A stretch of 64,000 nt of DNA from Octopus vulgaris (GCA_951406725.2 OX597831.1:69378001-69442000); one strand, 5' to 3'; shown: positions 1 through 11,947, counted from the first letter of the stretch. Made by a program: numbers and translations. Notes: generated by a model from the sequence alone, not told the origin.

Positions 1-1385
1 CTTTCATTGTATTTGCCAGTCTATAACAGCTGTGTATTCTTCAACTGATTTTGCATGAATCTTCTTGTTCATCAATGACCATTGCTAACTGGGGAAAATG
101 TTTATCTGACATTTTTTTTGAAGAAAAAGTGTTCTGAAAAAAGATAGCTTGTTTTGAAATGCTTGGTTTTTTGCCACATATCCTATATAGACTTAATTTT
201 AACTTGTAAAGAATTATTCAAGTCATTTTGTTTTGACACAAAATCACGCAGAAATCGCTTTTACTCTTTTACTTGTTTCAGTCATTTGACTGCGGCTATG
301 CTGGAGCACCACCTTTAGTCGAGCAAATCAACCCCAGGACTTATTCTAAGCCCAGTACTTATTCTATCGGTCTCTTTTGCCGAACCGCTAAGTGACGGGG
401 ACGTAAACACACCAGCATCGGTTGTCAAGCAATGCTAGGGAGACAAACACAGACACACAAACACATACACACACTCATACATACATATATTCATATATAC
501 GACAGGCTTCTTTCAGATTCCGTCTACCAAATCCACTCACAAGGCATTGGTCGGCCTGGGGCTATAGCAGAAGACACTTGCCCAAGATGCCACGCAGTGG
601 GACTGAACCCTGAACCATGTGGTTGGTTAGCAAGCTACTTACCACACAGCCACTCCTGCACATATTTCTATGTAGCATTTCTATAGAAATCTTCTTTCAA
701 TAACTAACACTACTGATTCTTTTTTTTTTTATAAAATTTAATTATCTGTTTCTGCAACGATAAAAGTTTTGCTAACATCTGTACCTGTGATCGCAATGCA
801 TTTTAGAATAATATGGTAAATCCACACTGAATATCTCATTGTTCAACTTTAGCATGTGACAAAACTGACGATGCCATGTTGCATTTGCACGAATATAGTT
901 AACAATACTTGTACCTTGTTGCAAAGTGTCGCTTGAAATAGAAGATTAAGCACAGCGATTTTACTGATGTAAAAGACAATGGAAAGGAATGAGACCATGT
1001 GTACCTGATAATCCTTTTTCTATACGTGCAATAAACCTTCATGTTTTCCTGTGATGGAAGGTGCACTGTCTCTACATAAACTCAATAAATTGACCAAATT
1101 CAGTCCAACCTCATAACACCCATCTTAAACGTTTATGAAGATATCTTTTCCTTGTGTTCTACGATAAGAGTGCACAAAGCCCCTAACTCTTCATAGCAAA
1201 TAAAATCTTCTGTTATGGCCTGAATGAAGTACAAAACCTGCTCCAAGCCAGTAGTATCGGTTAAAGTCGTCCAAAGTGATTAAATAATATACATTTTCCT
1301 TTTGGAAAATGAAGTTGTTCTGCTACGTTGAGGGCTAACTCATGCTGGTGATCAGTTATGGTTCTTGAATGAAGCAACTGAAAGC
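1..1385 (-). mobile_element. Decayed hAT (Charlie/SPIN/GTF2IRD2-like) transposase fragment, interrupted by a SINE at 262-660
   Basis: Manual minus-strand translation across frameshifts gives SRTITDHQHELALNVAEQL..YYLITLDD(F)NDTT..QVLYFIQAITEDFICYEELGAL..DSAPSITGKHEG..FHCLLHQ..IVNYIRANATWHRQF..DLPYYSK..HFPQL, matching hAT motifs LDESTD, TDGAP, HCxxH and HRQF; many stops. Confidence 0.85.
262..660 (-). mobile_element. tRNA-derived SINE, family A (~400 bp, internal CA/TA microsatellite)
   Basis: Near-identical to many copies in the window; head on the minus strand has A-box-like TGGCTGTGTGG and B-box-like GGTTCAGTCCC. Confidence 0.9.
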
Positions 1386-3170
1386 TTATTATTTCAAGTG
1401 GTACCTGAAAAAGTTGATGAACGATTGGACAGAGAGGAAAGTGTTTGACTCTACACCTTTTGCATGAGTCCACGACACACACACTTTCACCATAGCCACC
1501 AGTACAATGAAAACTGCCTTGCTTTCCCAGTTAAAGGAAGGTGGTGGAGCAATATTCACGATAAACTCGGCCAATAACTGAACTTGTCCTACACATGAAA
1601 GCAGCCATTCGACATAAGCCTACAGGTCTGAAATGGTTGAACTCTGCATGATTGCATGCAGAATGGTTTCATCGCTCTGACTGCATCTTGGGAAAGTTGG
1701 TCCATTGTTTCTCAAACTGTGCCTCTAGAGCTTATCCCGAATGGGCAATGCTTCCCAGTAGCACTGTCAGGCCAGGGGTCTCTGGTGATTGTCCATAGGT
1801 CCCAACCCGAACGTGGTCCTGGAGAGGTAGGTCAGGTGTTCCCCATCGATGCCCAGATTCTCCCCAAGAACATTGTCACACTTCTCTTCCACTAATCTTC
1901 TATAGAACGTCTTCATGGAATTGAAGTTGCACAATTTTGGTCCCAGACAGCAGAGTTGTTCAAGTGCAAGGCAGCACTCATGGTCTGAACAAGTCTTTGA
2001 GACATTTACATCCCCTCCTATTTCTACCTCTACACATGTAACCTAAATGCATGTCCAAGATAGCATTCCAATCCCCCACTAAAAGTAAAGGCCGAGACAT
2101 TCCCAGGAAAACCTCTGGATAGCAAAAGAAATCTGGCCGACCTATTAAGGACGGTGGATAAACTGTTACCAGTTGAAAAACACACCCAATACTGCTATCA
2201 ACATCCAAGTCGACCAGCTTACCCTCCAGGTCTAGGAATATTGCTCTTACTTTGAGGTCCAGACTCTTCTAAAAAAGCACCACAGTACCACCTCTTCCGA
2301 TTCTTGGCAGACACGGAGAAAAATAAATGTCAAATTGTCCACCAAACATGTGCTGGAGGGCCCGTGAGTTGCGAAGTCTGGTCTCACTGATGGCTATGAT
2401 ATGCATATTCTGTGACTTGATGTCATTTAACAGGTTGCCTTGTTTGCAAGGCGACCCCCAAGCCATGCACATTTATACAACCTATTCTAAGCATGCTCCT
2501 ATCAAATGTTGTGTTTTACAAACGAAAGGAAAAGGAAAAAAAATGAGAGAAAGAGAGAGTCACTGCATTCCAGGCTTTTTGTCAAGTGTTTCTTTGCATG
2601 TTCTTCCATATTAAATCTTACCTCGATCGTGGCAAATCTTTTGCCTCTTGTAATATATGTTTTAAAAGCCCATATGCGATGTAGACATTTCTCAACTTTT
2701 TTGGAAATGTCTTGCAAAATGCTTTGTGGGGTGTTCCGTTTAATGGTTCTGTCTTATTTGTATAATAATTATTTACAATGTAGAAGTTCTTCCATTGAGA
2801 ATTACATTAAATATTTCTTTTGCTTTAAAACAGAAGCAAAATTATATAGTTTGTCCGTGACATTATTGTTGGTGGTAGCAGTTTTCATGACAGAAGTAAT
2901 AGTGGTGGTGACAGAAGTGATAGTCGTGGTTGCACTGCTCATTGGTTTATGAGTGTTTTCATTGTTTCTGCCTTCCCTTCCCACTTATTCAGAAGAAAAG
3001 CTTGCCTCAGTATGTGTCTTGTCGTCATTCAAAATGTGTGCGACAGTGTATCAATGTTCTGGCTGTTATCTGAAGTTTTTGTTGTTGGCAATGGGGGGAA
3101 ATTCCAATTCTAATTCAAAGACGGGAATGCTGGCAGTCTTAGAAGGATTGTCCATTTTTCCAAACAGATG
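1386..3170 (-). mobile_element. Tx1/L1-clade LINE relic: ORF1-like region, AP endonuclease and C-terminal zf-RVT, with the RT domain missing
   Basis: APE motifs IIAISETRL (2269-2472 ORF) and LLLVGDWNAILD (1978-2208 ORF) run directly into LA*QCYWEALPIRDKL..FPRCSQSDETILHAIMQ (zf-RVT-like) and PPPSFNWESKAVFIVLVAMVK; ORF1-like RFATIEVRF upstream. Confidence 0.8.
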
Positions 3171-3634
3171 AAAACAAATTTTTTGAAATAGGATTTAAAA
3201 ATTTTAAAATTTACCCCCAAAGGGTAAATTCTCAAATGAAAACCTCACTTGAGGCCACGCAAAAATTATTAGGTACCTTTTTAACAGAGATAAATACAGA
3301 TACCCATAAATAAAGCCAAAAAATTACTTAAAATTATGGGAATCAGCATGAAAAACAGTTGATTGATAGATAGACAGATTGACAGACAGGCAGATAGATG
3401 TGTATAGGTGCTGACATGTGTGTATATGGATATATATTTATATGAGTGTATATGTGTGCACATATATATTTATTATTATGTGCGTATATTGATTATTATT
3501 ATACATATCCTTTGCTCAAATATAGATACTACTTTGTGGCTTGTGTTGCTTAATGACTTCTATCCTGTAATCAATGTCCTAATAATTCATCTAAGTTAGA
3601 AGTCTTGAACCTCGTGTATCAGTCTGCTGTCTCC

Positions 3635-4047
3635 GGATCTTTTCGGTTTGAACGGCAGTTTTTTTCTAGCGGTGCCATATGAAATTGTCACCCATAATTA
3701 TGACCCTAGTATCGATCTATTGCATTTCAATCTGTTTTAGGGTTAGGGGTGGGGGGAAGGGTATCTTTTTTTTTCACAAATGTAAATAAACCCAATCTGT
3801 TTTTAAACGAGACATATTCATACGGCACAGAATGTTTTTTTTTTTACCTCAATGGACGTCAGTGATTGGTTGAAATTGCAGAAATTGAAGAAAAAAAACA
3901 ACAAATATCTTACAAACTATAGAATTTTCTCAATAAAGCCAAGAGAAAAAGATGTTTTATAAACACATTCTACCAGTATACGAAGTTTAAAATTTTTTAG
4001 TTACCTAGAAATTATGTTAAAAACTGCCGTTCAAACAGAAAAGATCC
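3635..4047. mobile_element. MITE (413 bp) with GG-starting TIRs and 8-bp TSD; Merlin- or Mutator-like, superfamily uncertain
   Basis: TIR GGATCTTTTCGGTTTGAACGGCAGTTTTT / AAAAACTGCCGTTCAAACAGAAAAGATCC; TSD CTGTCTCC at 3627-3634 and 4048-4055. Confidence 0.88.
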
Positions 4048-4332
4048 CTGTCTCCCATTATCCCTTTGAGGTCTTTGGGTAAATCCTTTTTATTGCTAAC
4101 CCTACCCACCCCCTTTTCTCCTCCATCTAACATTCTTTTTCCTTCCACTTAATGACTACTTAACTACACACACCTTATTTCTATTTTAGCGACCTTCCCA
4201 GCAATATTTTCCTTAGTCATTTGATTTTGATTTTTTATTCGTTATTTTTCAGCTGGCCATTCCTGCAGTGGCTGGTTTGATAATAACACATTTGTTCATC
4301 TCCGAGAGGCAATTTTAAACAACATTAAGATA

Positions 4333-4421
4333 ACAGAGAACTGATGATTAGCTAAGTTGGTTTCTGTTCATTACAAATTATGTAACAGACTTCAGCTTGC
4401 TATGAAACAGTTGTAGTCTGT
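4333..4421 (+). ncRNA. Type I hammerhead ribozyme-like motif with extended stem II (probable PLE terminal repeat relic)
   Basis: CTGATGA 4341-4347; stem II TAGC/GCTA, AAGTTG/CAGCTT, TCTGTT/AACAGA; GAAAC 4404-4408; stem III AC-AGTT-GT; GUA triplet; stem I ACAGA/TCTGT. Confidence 0.6.
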
Positions 4422-4638
4422 GTTTTACCTGTTGCCCTCCTTATATATATTTATATAAATTTAAGCCACAATATACGGATTCAACTAATATGGTGGTACT
4501 AATAAAAAAAACTCCTTAATGTATCATACTATAAAATATATAGTATGATACATGACAAAACCATAAGGAGAGTATAAAGTAATGAATATTAAGAGAAATA
4601 CAGTATGATTAAATTTATTTAACCATTGGAAATTCTTA

Positions 4639-5640
4639 TCTCTCTATATATAAAACTGAGAATGTGTGTGTGTCTGTCTGTCTGTCTGTCTGTCTGTGTG
4701 TTTCCCTAAAACTTGAGAACTACATGACCAATTTCATTCAAATTTTACACATGCCTTACTTAGGGTCCAGGAAGTGTCATCGGCAAAAAAATGTTTAACT
4801 TTTTGCCTAGGGTGAGCCCACAGCAATATTATATCTTCTCACTATGATTCCCTAAAACTTGAGAACTACACAACCAATTTCATTCAAATTTTACACATGC
4901 CTTACTTAGGGTCCATGTAGTTTCATGGGCAAAAAATCTTCAACTTCTTACCTAGGCGAGCCGATAGCAATATAATATCTTCTCCACTATTTCAGTATTA
5001 CGTGTTAAAAGTGAAACAAAAACATTTCTCTATTTTATGTCAGATACTTTCACTTCAACAATAAAAATTAGAGATAATAATGACAGTTGAATTATATGTA
5101 GTAAGTAATAATTAAAATCAAACTAAAGTATGATATAATCGTAACATAACAAAAGTAAAAATAGCAATTGGTATAAAATTGCATCAATGACATGAACTTG
5201 AATAAGTGGTTTCACATGAATGGGAATAAATTAAAAATAGAATTAGTGTGCAGAAATGTAATAGTCCAGATGGAGCTGTGCACATACCGTTTACCACGGC
5301 TTTTACATTAGATTATCTGCTAATTAGCAAGCATTAAGTATATATATGAAGTTTGGCTGTATGTAATGTCTGTTTTCTCGAACAGCCGCTCCTACTGAGT
5401 ACTGCTGTTGGTTTATTTCTTATACATAAAGGACTATAGCTTCAACTGCGTACTGCTATTTGATTCACCGCAAGGTTTGTTGTTATTATTATTACTGTTT
5501 AACTATTGTTATCACGTTTGTAGGTTCCTCGTAAGGGAAACGTTATTGTGTTGCATTTGTTAAATAATTGTAAACTGTAACCCTATACATATATACATGC
5601 ACTAGCACTATGACCCGGCAACGACAGGTCATAGTGCTAG
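4639..5640 (+). mobile_element. Non-autonomous Helitron with a (GTCT)n tract and an internal ~146-bp tandem duplication
   Basis: A^TC 5' end (TCTCTCTATATATAAAA), 3' hairpin followed by CTAG^T; duplicated unit at about 4703-4848 and 4849-4995. Confidence 0.8.
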
Positions 5641-5894
5641 TATAACAATAATTGTTTTGCCACGTAATAAAACATGCATAGATAATTTATTTTATGAAAT
5701 TTTATAATAAGTAAATTATTTACATGCCTGCATTAATGTAAACAATCTTTAGACTAATGCAGTCTTTAGATTAAGCTAGTTCATCGGATTGGAAGAAATC
5801 CATGTTGAAAAATAACCCCTCAACATAACGTTTCATGAATGCAAATTTCCAATGGTTAAATAAATTTTATCATACTATATTTCTCTCATTATAT

Positions 5895-6200
5895 ATATGT
5901 ACAAACACACAGGTGCACACACACACACGTGCACACATGCACACATACCTAATGCTCACAACCTCCACACACATGCACACACACCTACATACACACACAC
6001 GCACTCATACACACACACATGCACACACAAATACACGCACATACACATACACATGCACACTCACACACGTGCAAAAAACACACATATACCTCCACACACA
6101 ACCCCTCGTTTACACACACACATACACATGTGCACACACACAAAATACACACTCACACACACACAACATATACATAAACGCACACACACACACATACTTC
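5895..6200. repeat. Degenerate (CA)n microsatellite field
   Basis: Imperfect CA/CACG/CATA repeats; source of spurious His/Thr-rich ORFs. Confidence 0.9.
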
Positions 6201-6479
6201 AAACTACCAGTTAAACACCTTTCTGCTGACCATTCTCCTATGCACATATGAAGGGAGACACACAAAAGACAGCCACTCCTACCAAAAATTCCTACTGGAA
6301 ATTCTTCCTACGACATTAAGCCACACAAAGTCCACTCACACACATACACATATAAACAGCCAAAGCTACACACATACACACACATATGCACATACATGTG
6401 CTATTATTACACACACACACACAGACCTGCGCACATGCAGATACCCACACATACACACATATATCTCCTTCTCTCGCAC

Positions 6480-6705
6480 TCTCCTGTCTTAGAACTTTTT
6501 CTCCACCCACTCCATGCCAGTCATTTCAAAACGTAACTCCATCTTCCCTTCCTTTGGACTTTCCTCTATTTCTGATGAAGAGCTTGGCTCAAAATGTTAA
6601 ATCCTCCTTCTTTCCTTTCCTGAACGTCTTATAATACACTACTTGTACCACATCCTTGCGTTATTGTTTTTTTCTTGTTTGCTCTTCTTTATTTTGATTC
6701 ACGAT
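6480..6705 (+). mobile_element. Penelope-like element 3'/pLTR fragment with a degenerate minimal HHR
   Basis: CTGATGAAGAGC-TTG-GCTC-AAAATGTT at 6572-6598 resembles the PLE motif CTGATGAAGAGC..GCTCGAAACGTT after CpG decay. Confidence 0.45.
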
Positions 6706-6760
6706 ATGTGTGTGTATGTGTGTGTGTGTGTATGTACACACACACACACACACACATATA

Positions 6761-7015
6761 TCATCATCATCATCATTTAGCGTCCGCTTTCCATGCTAGT
6801 ATGGGTTGGACGGTTCAACTGGGGTCTGGGAAGCCAGAAGGCTGCATCAGGCCCAGTCTGATCTGGCAGTGTTTCTACGGCTGGATGCCCTTCCTAATGC
6901 CAACCACTCCGTGAGTGTAGTGGGTGCTTTTTACGTGCCACCCGCACAGGTGCCAGACGGGGCTGGCAAACGGCCACGGATGGATGGTGCTTTTTACGTG
7001 CCACTGGCACGGGGG
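6761..7015 (-). mobile_element. 5'-truncated RTE LINE 3'UTR copy with (GAT)n tail
   Basis: Homologous to the 3' end of the RTE at 25480-25660 (AGGAAGGGCA..CAACCCATGC..GCATGGAAAGC.GACG..AAA.GATGAT). Confidence 0.85.
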
Positions 7016-7114
7016 CAAGGGGCCAATACATATAACATTGCAGGTAGAACTGTGCTATTGATGAGATTGGCATGGGTGGTCCTGTCCAAACATCCCTTGA
7101 ACACATCCCTTATG

Positions 7115-7530
7115 CCATTAAACGCTACAACAAAGAGAGAATAGCAGAGATTGGTAACGGCTCAAAGAGCCATGGAGAGGTCAATGCTTGGAATGTTGTT
7201 GAGAGAGCACGTCAGTAGCGAGGTCATCAGAGTGAAGTCCAGCATGAGGGATGTCATCATAGAATATACATGCAACAAGTTTAGATGGGCTGGACACGTT
7301 GCCTGGCACACCGATAACCAGTGGACCTGTGCAGCTATCGAGTGGTGCCCATGCGAGTGGAAACGACCACTTGGAAGGCCTCCACGACAGTGGAATTACA
7401 ATTTCAGGAGGGCGATTGGGATCACGTGGATGAGGAAGGCATGATCCAAAGGGGAGTGGACAGCGTGCTGTGACCAGTGGCGTCAAATGGACGCCCAATG
7501 GACTGGTTGGTCAAGGTGATCAAGGTGATA
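7115..7530 (+). mobile_element. RTE-clade LINE 3' fragment (second family)
   Basis: AQRAMERSMLG..KFRWAGHVAW..EWCPCEWKRPLGRPPRQW, a typical RTE C-terminus; ends in a (CAAGGTGAT)2 tail. Confidence 0.85.
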
Positions 7531-7938
7531 TATATACTTGTAATTTTGGAGCATAATTGAAATACCAGCATTCCTACATACACTGGCTGTAGTTCATTTC
7601 AATAATATGTATAATTATAGATTGTGTGTGTGTGTGTGGAAAAAAATGGACACATTGAAAAAGAAAAAATAATACAATAGAAAAATCCCCTGCTGGTAAC
7701 GTGTACATGACTATTGAAATCATAACAAACATAAGAGAGCAAGAAAATCAGTTGCTATAGAGGAAATGAGGAAGCTACAGAAGTGTGATGACAAATTATA
7801 CCAAAATATTCAATAATTAATTTCCAATAAAAGTGCAGTGAACTACAACCTGTGTGTTTATGTTGGCATAACGACATTCCTAAAGTGCAAGAATATCTGT
7901 TCCAATATATAGTTTAATACAAAATAATCTTGCATATA

Positions 7939-8336
7939 GGCGCAGGAGTGGCTGTGTGGTAAGTAGCTTGCTTACCAACCACATGGTTCCGGGTTCAGTC
8001 CCACTGCGTGGCACCTTGGGCAAGTGTCTTCTACTATAGCCTCGGGCCAACCAAAGCCTTGTGAGTGGATTTGGTAGACGGAAACTGAAAGAAGCCCGTC
8101 GTATATATGTATATATATATATATATGTGTGTGTGTATGTTTGTGTGTCTGTGTTTGTCCCCCTAGCATTGTTTGACAACCAATGCTGGTGTTTATGTCT
8201 CCGTCACTTAGTGGTTCGGCAAAAGAGACTGATAGAATAAGTACTGGGCTTACAAAGAATAAATCCCGGGGTCGAGTTGCTCGACTAAAAGGCGGTGCTC
8301 CAGCATGGCCACAGTCAACTGACTGAAACAAGTAAA
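7939..8336 (+). mobile_element. tRNA-derived SINE, family A
   Basis: Full-length copy from GGCGCAGGAGTGGCTGTGTGG to GACTGAAACAAGTAAA. Confidence 0.92.
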
Positions 8337-9750
8337 GGGTATATACAAAAGCAATATATACAAATATACATCTGTCAGAATAAATAAGTCGGTTACAACT
8401 GTGTAGACATGTAAAAAAAAAAAGCTTGAAACAGTTTATTTTAGATGCATGATAAATGCACACATTCATATCTTTTATGCAGTTGTATTTGTGTACACAC
8501 TTGCTTACACACACACAAACATGCATACCCATGCAAGCACACACATATATATGCACACACACTCACACACACGTGCTTATTATTACTATTTTATGTACTC
8601 CCATGAAATATATCTCAGAAATATTTTTTCCTTTGCGAGAATAATGAATTTGCTGAATATAAATACACTTCCTATTCTGTAATGCTTAGTATAATACTGA
8701 GCAAAACAAGTCCAACTGGCTTTATAGTACAATATTTTATGCAAATTTTGGATCCAATAGTTAAAACATTGCCACATGTTAGTTTATAAATATTTAGGGA
8801 TGAAAGCATGAAAAGCCGTATATTTATGACATCAAAATATTTAACAGTTAATGAATTGTACATTGAATTGCGAAGCATTAAATCTGCATTTTTATTTTGA
8901 ACTGGAAATCAATTACGTTTTATATTTAGTATTTAATATTTATAGTTTTTACCAGAATAAGTTCTACCTTATCTACTCCCTCACACACATATATTATATA
9001 TATACACACACACACACGTATATATATGATATAAATTATATGAAATATTACATATATATATATATATATATATACATATAATGTATGTGTTTTTATATAT
9101 GTATATTTATAATGTTTATGTGTGTGTGTATTCATACACACACATGAAGTCTTAATTCATAACTTTTCTAAGTCTATAACACAAATTAAAATCATAGCTT
9201 TGTGACAATCTCTGGTTTTATTTAATTGACTTCAAAAGCAAATTGAAAAAGACTATCACTGTATTTTTTTATAGTTTACTTTCATCTATAAATTGATAAT
9301 TAAAAGCCCTCAAAAAAGACAGGATGAAAGTAATTTCACAAAGATATTTTAATAAAGATAAAAATGTAATTCCTTTGAAGTAAAATCATTTTAGTCTTTC
9401 AGCAACACTAATTTCCATAAGCTGCAGATTTATTTCTGCTCACTAACTATTATAAAAGAATTCCAATATTTTCATGGATACCTCACTTCAATTTTGAAAT
9501 ATGTCACTCTAATTTACTTTGTTTTGTTACAAAAATATCTGTGGAGTTGTTTTGTTTATGATGTTGTTGTCTTTGGTGTTGCTGCTAAGAGCTGTAGTGT
9601 TGGTTGTAATGACAATAATGAAGATTAAAATACTGATAGTAATGATAAAATAAAACTGCTAATATTGTTTTTAAAATTCCGTTTGCTTTTGAAGTGTAAA
9701 ACTGAACAGCATTGTGGCTGATTTGCCTAAGTATGTAGGGCAGTTAACAT

Positions 9751-10143
9751 GGAGGTGCAATGGCCCAGTGGTTAGGGCAGTGGACTCGCGGTCATAGGAT
9801 CGCGGTTTCGATTCCCAGACCGGGCGTTGTGAGTGTTTATTGAGCGAAAACACCTAAAGCTCCACGAGGCTCCGGCAGGGGATGGTGGTGATCCCTGCTG
9901 TACTCTTTCACCACAACTTTCTCTCACTCTTACTTCCTGTTTCTGTTGTACCTGTATTTCAAAGGGCCGGCCTTGTCACTCTCTGTGTCATGCTGAATAT
10001 CCCCGAGAACTACGTTAAGGGTACACGTGTCTGTGGAGTGCTCAGCCACTTACACATTAATTTCACGAGCAGGCTGTTCCATTGATTCAGATCAACCGGA
10101 ACCCTCGTCGTCGTAATCGACGGAGTGCTTCCAAAAAGAAAAA
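9751..10143 (+). mobile_element. tRNA-derived SINE, family B (tail type 1), with 14-bp TSD
   Basis: Head GGAGGTGCAATGGCCCAGTGGTTAGGGCAG..GGTTTCGATTCCC; TSD AGGGCAGTTA(A/G)CAT at 9737-9750 and 10144-10157; A-rich end. Confidence 0.92.
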
Positions 10144-10425
10144 AGGGCAGTTAGCATGATAATAGATTAAACATGTACTTCGTAATATTCAGTTATACAA
10201 CCTATATTCTTTCATACTTCTGTTAGTTTCAGATATTAGATTGCAGCCATACCAGGGTACCTTCTTCGAGAGTTTTAGTTGATTACATTCACCCCACATC
10301 CTATTTCAGTCTGATATCTAATTTAGTGATTTCCATGTATTGAATGGCTTGTTACTTTTTGTCACACCAACTTATACTGATGTACACGTACTCTGATTCA
10401 AAGACAAAACATATACAGAGACACA

Positions 10426-10426
10426 C

Positions 10427-10500
<74 letters not shown>

Positions 10501-10525
10501 TTGTCTGTCTGTTTGTCTGTCTACT
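10426..10525. repeat. (TCTA)n/(TCTG)n microsatellite
   Basis: Direct inspection. Confidence 0.95.
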
Positions 10526-10591
10526 GTCCGACTTTATTTATACATTAAGACACACACACACATACACATACAAAAATACATACATATATAT

Positions 10592-10818
10592 TTCTTTACT
10601 ACCCACAAGTGGCTAAACATAGAGGGACAAACAAGGACAGACAAAGGGATTAAGTCGATTACATTGACCCCAGTGCGAAACTGGTACTTTATTTATCGAC
10701 CCCGAAAGGATGAAAGGCAAAGTCAACCTCGGCGGAATTTGAACTCAGAACGTAACGACAGACGAAATACCGATAAGCATTTCGCCCGGCACGTTAACGT
10801 TTCTGCCAGCTCGCCGCC
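10592..10818 (-). mobile_element. SINE with a Nin/Deu-like central domain
   Basis: Minus strand reads GGCGGCGAGCTGGCAGAAACG..GAGTTCAAATTCC..GTTGACTTTGCCTTTCATCCTTTCGGGGTCGATAAATAAAGTACC, resembling the Nin domain. Confidence 0.8.
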
Positions 10819-10844
10819 CGCTGTACTGCTGGTGTTGGCACAAA

Positions 10845-11729
10845 TATGTGCCAACACCAGCAGTACAGTGAGACTATACCAGCCCCACACCAAAAATTAC
10901 CAACGACAGCACCCACATCACCACCGTTGACAATAGTGCCAATGCTATGGCCAGAGATGACCACCACAATAACAAAAATCACAGTGACAGCAGCCACAGC
11001 AGCATTGCTCGATCCACGTACTGTAAGGATAACAGCATTGATTGCAGCTCCAACAACACTGGTGACAACAACAACTCCCTCAGGCCTGGAGCCAACTGAA
11101 GATGCACGAGTAATGTGAATGCAACCAACACACAAGCCTGGAAATATATAGGATCAGCCAAGATGGCCTTCGGGTGACACCTGTACCATCACAGGTCCTC
11201 CTTCATGGTCCCGGAAAGATGATTTGTCACATCCCTGGCCAACCATGTGTGGCACCTGAAAGATGAAGGAACCCCATATTATATCAAGCGGAAGATCTTG
11301 GAGCAGCTGGGACCCTATATCAACCGGAGCATATGCTGCAAGCTTTGCATAGATGAATGATCTAGGATACTCAAAGACTACCAAGAATCTGGATCCCTGA
11401 ATACTCACCAAGATATCTTCAGCCCCTGCATCTATTTCAAGTACTACTTGCTGCAAGCATGGGATTCCCCACTCTCTGACTAACCCTATCCAAAAGCAGA
11501 CCAAGGGAAAAATCCCTTGTTCCCCCTTTCCCAGCCCACAACTAGCTGATCTAACGGAGATAAACCATCCTCATTAACACCAAACATTTTATTCTTTGAT
11601 GATTAAACGACCAATGACTGTAATGGATTTCTGCCTCCCAGAGATGAAGAGTTATATTTGTCTTTGGACTAGAGTATGATGAGATGGGAAACCATTGGTC
11701 ACTCTATGACCAGACATTAACTTTATTAC

Positions 11730-11732
<3 letters not shown>
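10845..11732 (+). mobile_element. Penelope-like retroelement 3' part: GIY-YIG endonuclease relic and terminal repeat
   Basis: 11120-11462 translates KYIGSAKMAFG*HLYHHRSSF..TSLANHVWHLKDEGTPYYIKRKIL..CKLCIDE..LNTHQDIFSPC, matching the PLE GIY-YIG C-terminal pattern, followed by an HHR motif. Confidence 0.85.
11670..11706 (+). ncRNA. Minimal type I hammerhead ribozyme relic
   Basis: Stem I TAGAGT/ACTCTA; core ATGATGA (C3 mutated); very short stem II; GAAAC; stem III AC-CATTG-GT; GUC triplet at 11698-11700. Confidence 0.65.
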
Positions 11733-11786
<54 letters not shown>

Positions 11787-11789
<3 letters not shown>

Positions 11790-11900
11790 CCACCGTGACC
11801 GACCAAGCCATCAGATGTTGCTACACATCGCTGGTCACAATGCGCTTCGCATTGTTTTAGCCTTCAAATGATGCCACCCCGCTGGCTAAGCGAGCAGGCC

Positions 11901-11901
<1 letters not shown>
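11787..11901 (-). mobile_element. Isolated SINE B tail type 2 (or partner-LINE 3' end) between (TA)n tracts
   Basis: Matches 20440-20550. Confidence 0.8.

Positions 11902-11946
<45 letters not shown>

Positions 11947-11947
<1 letters not shown>

Noticed and set aside
422-686. Recurrent ORFs such as MLGGQTQTH../MSSNARGTN.. (also near 7880, 22561, 25969, 30687, 41528)
   Set aside because: They are translations of SINE A copies, not a gene family
3737-3748. Interstitial telomere
   Set aside because: Only two TTAGGG units, internal to a MITE
9751-9825. tRNA-like sequences with A and B boxes (also 7939 and 11947)
   Set aside because: These are SINE heads followed by SINE body and tail, not tRNA genes
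10846-11118. Mucin-like Thr/Pro/Ala-rich ORF
   Set aside because: Low-complexity region within the PLE relic, contiguous with the GIY-YIG segment
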